This document shows positions 26,670 through 35,722 of a DNA stretch of 64,000 nucleotides, one piece after another. The position numbers and the translations under genes are program-made. Position 1 is the stretch's first letter, and every line of letters begins with the position of its first letter. The notes beneath the pieces are model-generated. The model was not told the origin of the DNA and searched no databases. It saw only the letters and a list, made by a program, of their open reading frames with translations. Origin of the DNA: Escherichia phage KKE7M; sequence record PQ356295.1, one strand, 5' to 3'.

Positions 26670-27078
26670 TCTTTATCTCCTTAGTTGAGTTAGGACTTTA
26701 TGTTCTCTACTCTACCTACAGATAGATCTAAAGTCAATAGATATTTATTATTTAATTAATAATAAAATTAATAAAGAATCTATTGTTAGTATAGAGTATG
26801 TATGTTAGTATTATAGACATAACATAGTGCTATATGTAGACTACTCAGTTGTTTGTTAGATCATGTATCACAAGATTAGATAACACCCCCTCGCTGCGCT
26901 CGGCGTTTTTCGGGGGTTAGGGTAGCATACTTTTTTGCGTTTGTCAACACCTTTTTGGATTATTTTTAAGTACAACCTAAACCTCCTAAAAACGATTGTA
27001 ACGAGTTTTACTGTGAGGTAAGGTGATTGCATATCTTAAAGGCGATTAGCTCGTTACAGAGCCATACAGGAGGAAATA
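26670..27078. promoter_or_regulatory. AT-rich divergent intergenic region with short repeats and a GC hairpin
   Basis: 409 bp between minus-strand and plus-strand gene blocks; direct repeat GTTAGTAT twice, inverted CAATAGAT/ATCTATTG, CCCCC...GGGGG hairpin near 26886-26917. Confidence 0.4.
26709..26737 (-). promoter_or_regulatory. promoter candidate (TTGACT N17 TAGAGT) for the Prs/NAMPT-like operon
   Basis: minus-strand TTGACT at 26737-26732, TAGAGT at 26714-26709. Confidence 0.35.
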
Positions 27079-27447
27079 ATGAGGGTCACACGTTACGTTA
27101 GAAGTGAAACAATAGATGGAGGCATAATGTATGCTTTCTACGATGATAAAACTTTTTGTTCTGCGTTCTATGAAGAAGACTTGTCTATGGAATGGCAACA
27201 AATCATCTTCTTACTTGACATTTTGAAAAGAAGAGATAACTTTGAAGGTATTGAGTGGACAATGGGAAGCAAAGTTATCGTTGCAGGTTTAAGCAAACAT
27301 GAGTTGCTTGACTTAGACTGTAAACTTTGTAATTATCAATTCTCAAAACGTTTACCATTAGAAAGACAGTTAGGAGTTGAGATTCATGTTGACTTGGGCG
27401 ATGGAGTATCCTATACTCTCAACAATCATAGTGCTGACATTAATTAG
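27079..27447 (+). CDS. hypothetical early protein
   Basis: 122 aa ORF with GGAGGAAATA RBS. Confidence 0.5.
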   Translation: MRVTRYVRSETIDGGIMYAFYDDKTFCSAFYEEDLSMEWQQIIFLLDILKRRDNFEGIEWTMGSKVIVAGLSKHELLDLDCKLCNYQFSKRLPLERQLGVEIHVDLGDGVSYTLNNHSADIN

Positions 27448-27513
27448 TGGAATCACAAAGTGCGTCACAAGCATTTGCGATTGTTTAACACATTTTAAAC
27501 AAAGGAAAAATAA

Positions 27514-27711
27514 ATGAATCAAACTATGCAAACAATCTATAGAGTCATCCTTGGTGAGTTCCATGTTGTTAAGTCAACATTGAATTATGAAGAAGCTAAA
27601 GAGAATTTCTTGCTGTGGGTTGAAGCATTCTCTGAAGTTGAAAAGGTGAGTTACAATTGTGTAACTTTAACTGCTGATCACGTACCTGTATTGGAGTTTA
27701 TTAAGAAATGA
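27514..27711 (+). CDS. hypothetical protein
   Basis: 65 aa ORF with AAAGGAAAAATAA RBS. Confidence 0.45.
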   Translation: MNQTMQTIYRVILGEFHVVKSTLNYEEAKENFLLWVEAFSEVEKVSYNCVTLTADHVPVLEFIKK

Positions 27712-27947
27712 AAAAAGAAATTTTAACTGATGTAACATATTCTTGTATTAGCAAAGGTGGTTTATATCGTGTAGTTGGCTTCCCTAAACCAGCAGGTGTA
27801 TCTAAAGTATTTGATCCTGTTGTGATCTACGAAGATGTAAGGACTGGTCAACAGTATTGGCGATTCCAGCAAGATTTCTTACACCGCATGGAGGTTGTTG
27901 ATGGCGAAAACACCGAAGAAGCGATCCGTAACAAAGCGCGCATCTAA
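27708..27947 (+). CDS. hypothetical protein
   Basis: 79 aa ORF, ATGA overlap with upstream gene. Confidence 0.45.
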   Translation: MKKEILTDVTYSCISKGGLYRVVGFPKPAGVSKVFDPVVIYEDVRTGQQYWRFQQDFLHRMEVVDGENTEEAIRNKARI

Positions 27948-28224
27948 AGATGGGGCGGCAAAAGCCGCTCCTAAGAAGGAAAAATTTGACACAGAGGCTT
28001 TTGTCTTTGATACTCCAATAGAAAAGATAGAAGAAGCTCTTGCTAAATTTGAAGAACGTGATGCAGATCCTTTTACAGAAGATGAATTATACTGGTTTGG
28101 CTGGTGGGTTTTGAATCTACCAGAAGCTAAAAAACGAGGAATGAAGTCAGTTCCTATTTGTGCAAAAGAATCGGCTGTGTTAGGTTTATACGAGAAGCCT
28201 AAAAGAAGGAGCAAAAAGAAATGA
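27901..28224 (+). CDS. Lys-rich basic protein, possible DNA-binding
   Basis: ATG at 27901 with GGAGG RBS; KKRSVTKRASK N-terminus and KPKRRSKKK C-terminus. Confidence 0.45.
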   Translation: MAKTPKKRSVTKRASKDGAAKAAPKKEKFDTEAFVFDTPIEKIEEALAKFEERDADPFTEDELYWFGWWVLNLPEAKKRGMKSVPICAKESAVLGLYEKPKRRSKKK

Positions 28225-28499
28225 GAAAAACTTATCTGAAGTGTTTGTCTGTTGTGCAAAATGAATGGTATTCAGGTTTGCTGACAGCAGGTAAGAAATA
28301 TGAAGTGCTCAATAAACCAGGCGCAAGATTTTCATTAATCAAGAACGACGAAGGCACTGAAATGCTTATTTCAGTTGCAGATTCTGTGTATGGTACTTTT
28401 GAGTTGGTCTATGAATATGTACCAATTATTCTTGAATACAGCGGTACAAACAAACCTTACACAGCTTTAGATGTGATCAACAACAAAAGGAATAAGTAA
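28221..28499 (+). CDS. hypothetical protein
   Basis: 92 aa ORF. Confidence 0.45.
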   Translation: MRKTYLKCLSVVQNEWYSGLLTAGKKYEVLNKPGARFSLIKNDEGTEMLISVADSVYGTFELVYEYVPIILEYSGTNKPYTALDVINNKRNK

Positions 28500-28690
28500 T
28501 GTTCCTTATTTATTCAGGTAAAGCCAAATACATGCAAGGTGTAAAGCGTGTAGAAGTAGCAGATACTGTAACTATAGGAAAATCCTTTATTCTTTATTTG
28601 TTTTATATCAATGGAGAAAGATTTGCTGTTTCTAAGAAGTTGGTAGATAATGGTAAAACTTGGAAAGAAGAGAAACAGGAAGGGGGTTGA
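28499..28690 (+). CDS. hypothetical protein
   Basis: 63 aa ORF. Confidence 0.4.
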   Translation: MFLIYSGKAKYMQGVKRVEVADTVTIGKSFILYLFYINGERFAVSKKLVDNGKTWKEEKQEGG

Positions 28691-29034
28691 TAGTGGCTAA
28701 AATTCTTTGGTTAGACGATTTAAGAGATCCTAAAGATTATGGTTATGAGGATGCCATTTGGTTAAAATCTTTTGAGGATTGGTTAGCTTTTGTTTCAGAT
28801 GAAGATAATTTCAATAATATCTCAGAGATACACTTCGACAATGATCTTGGAGAAGATCAGGAAGGATATCATGCATTCTTAGACGTAGAATGTATGTTGT
28901 ACGTGGGTGAATGGGATGCTCTTAAAACTATCTATGTTCATACATCAAATCCTTCTGCTGCTGGTAAATATATGTTAGCTAAGGAAAATTTTATTTCATC
29001 CTATGGTGTTGAAATTAAACGTGTTAACTATTAA
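28660..29034 (+). CDS. hypothetical protein
   Basis: ORF in track; likely GTG start at 28693 after GGAAGGGGG. Confidence 0.45.
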   Translation: MERRETGRGLIVAKILWLDDLRDPKDYGYEDAIWLKSFEDWLAFVSDEDNFNNISEIHFDNDLGEDQEGYHAFLDVECMLYVGEWDALKTIYVHTSNPSAAGKYMLAKENFISSYGVEIKRVNY

Positions 29035-29042
29035 GGAGGTGT

Positions 29043-29189
29043 TATGCTTTATGTTATTTGGGTAGATGAAGGGGATGGGTTTTATGTATACAAACACACT
29101 AACCATTGGCCCGATGTAGAAAAAGCACTTGCAACTTTTGAAGATTGCTTTTACGATATATATACAGACGAAGAGTATGAAGAGAATTG
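29043..29189 (+). CDS. small hypothetical protein (48 aa)
   Basis: ATG with AAGGAGGTGTT RBS; below track cutoff. Confidence 0.4.
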
Positions 29190-29549
29190 ATGTGCGCTAC
29201 TAATCAACATGATATTTGTTACCAACCTCTTACCTGGATTGGTGAGGATCACTATGCTCAACGTGTTATAGTCTGCGCTGCGAATAAGTATATTCTCAAC
29301 AATGGCGAAGAGTTAATTATTCCTTGTGTTAGGCATGCAAATCCTGTACTATCTGCACAACTTAATGTTTTAAAAGATGCAGGATTGATCGATAAACTGT
29401 TTTGCTTACCTGATAATCAAGGGTTTATTGATCAGTATTATAATTGGTGGAGTCGCAAAGATGCTTATATCATTGCAGATAACGCCAAACAAATTAACTA
29501 TGAAAGAAATGGTCACGACAGTGAACTATTCAGCGAGGGATTATACTAA
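29187..29549 (+). CDS. hypothetical protein
   Basis: 120 aa ORF. Confidence 0.45.
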   Translation: MMCATNQHDICYQPLTWIGEDHYAQRVIVCAANKYILNNGEELIIPCVRHANPVLSAQLNVLKDAGLIDKLFCLPDNQGFIDQYYNWWSRKDAYIIADNAKQINYERNGHDSELFSEGLY

Positions 29550-30100
29550 TGTTTATTACAAGTGATTTGCATTTTATGCACAAACGTATTCGAGAGTTTG
29601 CTCCTGCATATCGCCCGTGGGAAGATATGGAGCATATGACAGAAGCCCTGATCGAAGCATGGAATAAATGTGCCACAACACCAGGAGTAAAGATGTACCA
29701 TCTTGGGGACTTCTGTTTCGGGACTGAAGAAGATACCCGTAAGATTGCTTCCCGTCTCCAAGGGGATATTACTTACTGTGTTGGGAACCATGATTACAGT
29801 AAACACAGAAAAGTGCTTGCAGAGTATGGAGAAGTGGTTTATTATGACGAAGTGAAATATCAGAAGCTGTTTTTCGTCTTAAGCCATTACCCTATGGCTG
29901 CCTGGAATAAACAAGGGCATGGATCAATCATGCTACACGGGCACTCTCATGGATCATTCCCTGATCATTTGTATGGGAAAATGTTGGATGTTGGTTGGGA
30001 CGCACACGGAAAAATCTTGCATTTTGACGAAATTATCTCTATTATGGATAAGCGTGATATTGTTGTTGTAGATCATCATAAGATAATCAAAGGAGATTAA
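29549..30100 (+). CDS. calcineurin-like metallophosphoesterase
   Basis: DLHF, GDxxxG, GNHD and HGHSH metal-binding motifs. Confidence 0.7.
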   Translation: MFITSDLHFMHKRIREFAPAYRPWEDMEHMTEALIEAWNKCATTPGVKMYHLGDFCFGTEEDTRKIASRLQGDITYCVGNHDYSKHRKVLAEYGEVVYYDEVKYQKLFFVLSHYPMAAWNKQGHGSIMLHGHSHGSFPDHLYGKMLDVGWDAHGKILHFDEIISIMDKRDIVVVDHHKIIKGD

Positions 30101-30101
30101 G

Positions 30102-31034
30102 GTGGCTAAGTTCAACTGTGATGACCTGATTGCAAAAGGTTTAGTGCATAAAAAAGAAGTTAAATCTGGAGAGTATGCTGGTCTTGCTGTACTTAAATAC
30201 AAAAACAATGTATTCTGGGACAATTTGTGGGACGTAGACAAACGCCTTCTAGATTGTCGTGGGTTGGTTGTTGACTCAGAAGACAATGTTGTTATTTGGC
30301 CTTTTACTAAAATCTTTAATCGTTTTGAAAATGGTACAGATCTTCCAGCAGACCAACTTGTAGATGCTGTCCGTAAAGTAAACGGTTTTATGGCATCTGT
30401 AGGTGTGTACAAAGGGAAACTTGTTGTATCAACAACAGGGAGCCTAGAATCAGATTTTGCAATTATGGCAAAGAACCGTATTGTTTCCGAGTGTGACGAC
30501 ATAGAGTATTTCATTAAGTGGACAGAAAGTGCAAAAGCAACTTTTCTTTTTGAAATCTGTGATCCTTCTGATCCACATATTGTCGAAGAAGAACCAGGCG
30601 CGTACTTAATTGGAGCAAGAATTCAAAACCTGGATGGGACAAGTTTCATGTTACCTGAAGGTGTTCTTGATGGGATTGCATCTGTTACAAAGTTTAAACG
30701 TCCTGAAGTTTATCCGATGATTAAATTTTCAGATGTTGTTGAAATGTCTAAACATTGTAGACACGAAGGCTTTGTTGTTCGTGAAACAAACTATCCGTTT
30801 AACTTACTCTTAAAGATTAAGTCACCATACTATCTTGCTAAGAAGTTCCTTATGCGTGGTGGTAATAAGAAGTGGGATATGATTTGGGACAACCCAAACA
30901 ATGCTAAACAAATTGTTGACGAAGAATATTATACTTTGCTAGAATGGCTTCGAAATAATTTTACGAAGGTTCAATGGGCTGCTCTAGATTCACAAGAGCG
31001 ACGTAAAGAAATAGAAAACTTCTTTGGAGGCTAA
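30102..31034 (+). CDS. nucleotidyltransferase-fold ligase, probable RNA ligase
   Basis: motif I-like KVNG, motif IV EGFVVRE, motif V LLKIK; flanked by phosphoesterase and kinase genes. Confidence 0.45.
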   Translation: MAKFNCDDLIAKGLVHKKEVKSGEYAGLAVLKYKNNVFWDNLWDVDKRLLDCRGLVVDSEDNVVIWPFTKIFNRFENGTDLPADQLVDAVRKVNGFMASVGVYKGKLVVSTTGSLESDFAIMAKNRIVSECDDIEYFIKWTESAKATFLFEICDPSDPHIVEEEPGAYLIGARIQNLDGTSFMLPEGVLDGIASVTKFKRPEVYPMIKFSDVVEMSKHCRHEGFVVRETNYPFNLLLKIKSPYYLAKKFLMRGGNKKWDMIWDNPNNAKQIVDEEYYTLLEWLRNNFTKVQWAALDSQERRKEIENFFGG

Positions 31035-31439
31035 ATGAAACAACTTATCATTTTACGTGGTGTTTCAGGCGCAGGTAAATCTACAGTAGCAGAAATTATT
31101 TCTGAAGGTTATTGGCCTATCTGTGAGGCAGATCAATATCATTACACAGAAAACGGTGTTTACGATTGGAAGCCAGAAAATGTAGGTAAAGCACACGCAT
31201 GGTGTCAGAGTATTGTTCGTGATGCTATGGCATCTAATATTAAAAAGATTATTGTCTCTAACACTTCAACCACAGAGAAAGAACTTAAACCTTATTTTAC
31301 TCTTGCTGAAGAGTTTGGTTATCAAGTTATCTCTTTAGTTGTTGAAAATAGGCACGGTAACGACTCAATTCATGAGGTTCCACAACATACTCGTGATCAG
31401 CAAGAGAAACGTCTTCGCAGTTCACTTAAGCTACAATAA
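31035..31439 (+). CDS. P-loop kinase, probable polynucleotide kinase
   Basis: Walker A GVSGAGKST at N-terminus; 134 aa kinase-only size. Confidence 0.5.
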   Translation: MKQLIILRGVSGAGKSTVAEIISEGYWPICEADQYHYTENGVYDWKPENVGKAHAWCQSIVRDAMASNIKKIIVSNTSTTEKELKPYFTLAEEFGYQVISLVVENRHGNDSIHEVPQHTRDQQEKRLRSSLKLQ

Positions 31440-31448
31440 GGAGAGTGT

Positions 31449-31769
31449 ATGGAAATTTATTCTGGTGAAGGTAAGTATTTTACAGTAGTCGATAATGGTG
31501 AAATTATTATTTATCGCTACGGAAGTGAGTGGAGGAACGAGACAGGAGACGGTTATATCTTATCTTTGCTCCATTTGATTAATGATCTTAAGGAAGAACT
31601 TGAAGAAACAAAACGTTCATATGATGACCAAGTAGATTCATTAGAAAACATTATTTCAGATCTAAATGAAGAAGTTTGTTATTTGAGTGGACAAGTTTCA
31701 GAGTTAACACTGGAATGTGAAGATTTAGGTGATGTTATTGCAGATTTAAATGAACGTCTTAAGGATTAA
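31449..31769 (+). CDS. hypothetical acidic coiled-coil protein
   Basis: 106 aa ORF. Confidence 0.45.
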   Translation: MEIYSGEGKYFTVVDNGEIIIYRYGSEWRNETGDGYILSLLHLINDLKEELEETKRSYDDQVDSLENIISDLNEEVCYLSGQVSELTLECEDLGDVIADLNERLKD

Positions 31770-31772
31770 TAT

Positions 31773-31997
31773 ATGAGTACAGCTATCTATGTTAAAGGTG
31801 TAAGCGAAGATCAACAAATGTTATTCTCATTTGGTGAGAATACTGAAATGGAAGATATGTTTAATGATATCCTTGATGCCCTTTCTTCGGAAGGGTTCAC
31901 AATGATTACATACTTTATGGCAACATCTTCTGAATACGTTGATACAGATCTTGAAGACTTGATGGAAGAGATTCAAACTCTTGTGTATAATTGGTAA
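31773..31997 (+). CDS. hypothetical protein
   Basis: 74 aa ORF. Confidence 0.4.
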   Translation: MSTAIYVKGVSEDQQMLFSFGENTEMEDMFNDILDALSSEGFTMITYFMATSSEYVDTDLEDLMEEIQTLVYNW

Positions 31998-32194
31998 GGG
32001 TAACTATGACATTTATTGAAGAACTAACGAGAATTGCAAACGCACCTAACAGTAGCGAAGATCCTTACTTTATGGTGGATGATTACACTGGTGGTAATAT
32101 TGATGATGCCTATGAACTAGGCAGACTACACGGTGAAATTGAAATGGCTAAATGGGTTCTTTCGCAACTGGAGGTTAAAGATGAAACAAACTAA
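31991..32194 (+). CDS. hypothetical protein
   Basis: 67 aa ORF. Confidence 0.4.
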   Translation: MVRVTMTFIEELTRIANAPNSSEDPYFMVDDYTGGNIDDAYELGRLHGEIEMAKWVLSQLEVKDETN

Positions 32195-33296
32195 TCCTAC
32201 ATTATATGGTAAAACTTCTACAGGTAAAATTAAACAGTGGTCAGTCTATACCGAAGGTAGTGTTGTAACTGTTGCTCATGGTCAATTAGGTGGAAAGATT
32301 ACTAGCAAATCTTATACAGCAGAACCTAAAAATATTGGTCGCTCAAATGAAACAACAGCAGAAGAACAAGCTGAAATAGAAGCTCTTGCCAAATGGACAA
32401 AGCAACTTAAGAATGGGTATTATAAAACAAAAGAGGAAGCTGAAAACCATGTTCCTTCCACACCCATGAAATGTCAGGATTATAAAGATTATGCTGATCG
32501 TGTTTTGTTCCCAGGTTATGCACAATATAAATTGAATGGCCTACGTTCAATGATTAACATGCAAGGTGAATGTTTATCTAAAGCTGGGGAGGTATATAAA
32601 CTTCCACCTCACTGGAAAGAAATTCCAACCTTCATTAAAGAAGTAGTTGGTCATCCTCTTGACGGTGAAGTTTTTGCTGGCTTGGGTGTCCTTAGCCTTC
32701 AACAAATTAATAGTGCGTGGAAAAAGCATAATGCTAACACTCCGCTTCTTAAATACTATGTATATGATGTTCCTGTGCCATCTGTACCATTTGAGAAGAG
32801 GGTTCAAGTTTTAGCTGCTCTAAAAGAAGTTGTTGAAGATAAAGGTTTAGATGAACTTATTTGTGTAGTACATACAGAATACATTGAAAACCAAGAGCAG
32901 TTTGATGAATTCTATGCAAAGGCTCTACGTGAAAAAGCGGAAGGTGTGGTGTATCGTAACGCACAAGGTGTTTACGAGTTTGATAAACGTTCTTATGATG
33001 TTATTAAACGTAAACCACGGCAGACTCTTGAAGTTAAGGTAGTCAGTGCAAAACGTGATAAAAATGGTGACGGGGTATTGACAGGCGAGATGGAAAATGG
33101 TAAAGTAGTCGAATTCCTGATGCGTAAGGATTCAGATGAAACCATTAACTATCGTAAAGAAGAAAATGCTTTGACACTTATTGGTCAATTTGTTGAAATT
33201 GAGTACGAAGAATTTTCAGACGAAGGTATTCCTACCAAGCCTGTTGGGGTACGTGTACGTAAGATGATTCCAGGTACTTGGGAACCAGCAGAGTAA
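32181..33296 (+). CDS. ATP-dependent DNA ligase
   Basis: likely start ATG 32181 with GGAGG RBS; motif I KLNGLR, motif IV EGVVYR, motif V VIKRK. Confidence 0.65.
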   Translation: MKQTNPTLYGKTSTGKIKQWSVYTEGSVVTVAHGQLGGKITSKSYTAEPKNIGRSNETTAEEQAEIEALAKWTKQLKNGYYKTKEEAENHVPSTPMKCQDYKDYADRVLFPGYAQYKLNGLRSMINMQGECLSKAGEVYKLPPHWKEIPTFIKEVVGHPLDGEVFAGLGVLSLQQINSAWKKHNANTPLLKYYVYDVPVPSVPFEKRVQVLAALKEVVEDKGLDELICVVHTEYIENQEQFDEFYAKALREKAEGVVYRNAQGVYEFDKRSYDVIKRKPRQTLEVKVVSAKRDKNGDGVLTGEMENGKVVEFLMRKDSDETINYRKEENALTLIGQFVEIEYEEFSDEGIPTKPVGVRVRKMIPGTWEPAE

Positions 33297-33305
33297 GAGG
33301 TAAAT

Positions 33306-33485
33306 ATGGTATTAGCAACAGTTCTTATGATGTTAATTGCTATTGCAATTATAATGTTAGCCTCGTTTCCAGTGGACAAATGGTACTGCAATTTTTGTAG
33401 ATTTGTTGTTTTCCTCTGTGCTGGGGCGTATATGGGCGAATCGGTAGTTCGCATTAGTGTTTTGTTAGAACAATATTTTAAATAA
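33306..33485 (+). CDS. small membrane protein (59 aa, two hydrophobic segments)
   Basis: ATG with GAGG RBS; below track cutoff. Confidence 0.35.
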   Translation: MVLATVLMMLIAIAIIMLASFPVDKWYCNFCRFVVFLCAGAYMGESVVRISVLLEQYFK

Positions 33486-33494
33486 GGAGAAACA

Positions 33495-34217
33495 ATGATC
33501 GAGAATTTTTTCAAACAAGTAAAAGTGGACAATAGCTTCTTTATCAAAGCTGCCGATCAAATTGTTGCTTGGAATGCTAAGGCACGTGGTGGAGTAACTC
33601 CAGAGTTTACTCAAGAGATGTTTGAAGCTCAACTTTCTTTTGTACGAGAAGAACTTAAAGAGTTCCAAGCAGCAGCACAGGAAAATGATCACGTTGAATT
33701 ACTTGATGCAGCAGCAGATATTTTTGTGGTAGCATCCTACCTGGCGTTTATGTTCTTTGGTAAAGAAGGTGTTGATAAAGCTCTGGAAATGCCGACAGGA
33801 GATGTTCTGGCAGAAAACATCTACGATGTTATCATTGAATTTGATAAAATGGTAGAAAATGACTTGCAATTTGCCCTAATGTCTCTTACACTTACACGTA
33901 TGGCACGAGATACTTTGGTACGTTCTGTTTATAACGAGAAGAAGGTTATGCGTGAAGTGTTGAATAGCAATGAGTCCAAGTATCCTACCAAGAAGCAACT
34001 CCTGGCTATTTGGGAAACTAAGGATATTATTGAAGCTCTTGAAAAAGAATGTGATGCTATCGAGATGCGAAGCAAAGATCGTGCAGAAGGTTCTTATACT
34101 GGGGTACACGCTGTATATAACGAAGTTCAAAAGGTGTATGTATTCTTTGATGACAAAGGTAAAATTATGAAACCATCTACCTTTGTTAAACCTAATATCG
34201 CAGCAATCATTGCTTAA
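33495..34217 (+). CDS. MazG-like nucleotide pyrophosphohydrolase (candidate)
   Basis: N-terminal EExxEF...ELLDAAADI all-alpha NTP-PPase pattern. Confidence 0.4.
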   Translation: MIENFFKQVKVDNSFFIKAADQIVAWNAKARGGVTPEFTQEMFEAQLSFVREELKEFQAAAQENDHVELLDAAADIFVVASYLAFMFFGKEGVDKALEMPTGDVLAENIYDVIIEFDKMVENDLQFALMSLTLTRMARDTLVRSVYNEKKVMREVLNSNESKYPTKKQLLAIWETKDIIEALEKECDAIEMRSKDRAEGSYTGVHAVYNEVQKVYVFFDDKGKIMKPSTFVKPNIAAIIA

Positions 34218-34221
34218 GAAA

Positions 34222-34241
34222 TAAAGCCCCTTCGGGGGCTT
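34222..34241 (+). terminator. hairpin AAGCCCC-TTCG-GGGGCTT
   Basis: 7 bp GC stem with UUCG loop after the 33495..34217 gene. Confidence 0.45.
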
Positions 34242-34253
34242 ATTGGAGGTATT

Positions 34254-34532
34254 ATGTTAACAGCAGAAGATATCTTTAAACACGGTTTGCGTCAGGTGAT
34301 CAAATCCTTGAAGAATGCAGGTATTGAAGATATCACACAGGAAATTGTTGGTTTAGAAAAAGAAGGTAAGAGAACAGAATTTAAGTTTTACACAGAAGAA
34401 CAGTGGTTGAGTAACCCGCAAAACAAAGCTAATGAGGCTGTTAGTCTGTTTGGTAAATCTTATAAAGGATTTAAATATCCTGATCATATTGTCGAATATG
34501 ATGGTGTAAAATATTTTGTAGTTGTTATTTGA
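34254..34532 (+). CDS. hypothetical protein
   Basis: 92 aa ORF. Confidence 0.45.
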   Translation: MLTAEDIFKHGLRQVIKSLKNAGIEDITQEIVGLEKEGKRTEFKFYTEEQWLSNPQNKANEAVSLFGKSYKGFKYPDHIVEYDGVKYFVVVI

Positions 34533-34542
34533 GGAGAAAACT

Positions 34543-35427
34543 ATGTTTGCTAAAAATTTCAAATCTTGCGTAACCCTGATTTCTGGTGATGGCCTGTCTA
34601 TTTCAGCACTGAACACAGTAACAGACAAACCGCTGGATTTTGTTGTGGCACAGGGGCAACAAGCACATACCATTGGTCTTGTTCGTTTTGAAGATGATGG
34701 TTCCTATGTAAAAGTGTTCTCTGGTTTAGAGGTTATTAAAGTAGGGCAATCTGTTAAGAAAGTTAACAAGAAGAAAGTTAAACGCATTCTTAATGAAAAA
34801 CTCCAGGAGATGGAACAAGAGTTTATTGCTGCAAATCCTACTAAAGAATTCTTCTTGGATAAAGAAAGTAAAAAAGCAATTGAGGCTGATATCGTGTTTT
34901 CTCTGCTTCCAGAAACAGAGGCAGATGATTTCTACAACTATGTTGTTGTAGACACTGAAAACAGTATTACCTATGTTCTTAATGGTTCTAAGAAAATTAG
35001 TGAAGATATTGCTGTATTTCTTCGTGAGGTGTTGGGTACTTTCCCAGTTCTGCCGTTTAGTGTACACGAAGAAGCCATTATTAAAGGTTTTGATACCATC
35101 TTAGAAGAACATGAGGCTGAACGACTGACCCTGGGTAATTATATTAAACTTGAAGATTCTGAAGGTGTGGTTGTATGGAGTAAAGAGTCCCTTTATGAAT
35201 CTCGTGCAGTAGAACTTATGGAAGATGGTAAGCACGTTGTTGCCATTGGCCTGGAATATGACGGTTTCGTTAACTTTATTGTCGATAAAGAATTTAAGTT
35301 GAGTGGTATTAAATTCCCTAAATACTTTAACGATGAAGAAGGATCTTTTGAAGCATCTGTCCTTCTGTGCTTTAATGAAATCCGTGGTATTATGCAAGAC
35401 CTTATCAAGTCAACTATTCAAAAATAA
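34543..35427 (+). CDS. hypothetical protein, weak RdgC-like resemblance
   Basis: ORF 34522..35427 in track; likely ATG 34543 with AGGAGAAAACT RBS; about 295 aa acidic. Confidence 0.3.
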   Translation: MFAKNFKSCVTLISGDGLSISALNTVTDKPLDFVVAQGQQAHTIGLVRFEDDGSYVKVFSGLEVIKVGQSVKKVNKKKVKRILNEKLQEMEQEFIAANPTKEFFLDKESKKAIEADIVFSLLPETEADDFYNYVVVDTENSITYVLNGSKKISEDIAVFLREVLGTFPVLPFSVHEEAIIKGFDTILEEHEAERLTLGNYIKLEDSEGVVVWSKESLYESRAVELMEDGKHVVAIGLEYDGFVNFIVDKEFKLSGIKFPKYFNDEEGSFEASVLLCFNEIRGIMQDLIKSTIQK

Positions 35428-35430
35428 TAC

Positions 35431-35460
35431 TTGACTTACTAATTTAATATGTGTTAATAT
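35431..35460 (+). promoter_or_regulatory. promoter candidate (TTGACT N18 TAATAT)
   Basis: TTGACT at 35431-35436, TAATAT at 35455-35460, followed by hairpin CCTACCTA...TAGGTGGG. Confidence 0.35.
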
Positions 35461-35501
35461 GCCTACCTACTTAGTTAGGTGGGCTTTTAAGGAGACACAC
35501 C

Positions 35502-35714
35502 ATGAAAAAACTTCTTGTCGGTTTACTTTTAGTAATCAGTTCTTATTCTTATGCTGGTCAAATAACTTTAATTAATTCTGGAGAACAAGTTTCTGGAAGT
35601 ACAAAATACTGTTTTTACTCTAACGGTATGTACGACAAGGTTATAGAGGTTTCTGCAAGTCGTCAGTGTCCCTACACACGAACATTCTCAACAGAGAGTT
35701 CAGATGATGAATAG
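35502..35714 (+). CDS. small secreted protein with signal peptide
   Basis: MKKLLVGLLLVISSYSYA signal-like N-terminus; AAGGAGA RBS; paired cysteines. Confidence 0.5.
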   Translation: MKKLLVGLLLVISSYSYAGQITLINSGEQVSGSTKYCFYSNGMYDKVIEVSASRQCPYTRTFSTESSDDE

Positions 35715-35722
35715 GAGGTAAT

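Noticed and set aside
32343-35408. Minus-strand ORFs inside plus-strand genes (32343..32525, 32574..32807, 33185..33692, 33876..34130, 34353..34673, 34726..35408)
   Set aside because: Antisense to ligase, MazG-like and neighbouring genes; Phe/Ile/Lys-rich translations typical of AT-rich antisense frames.
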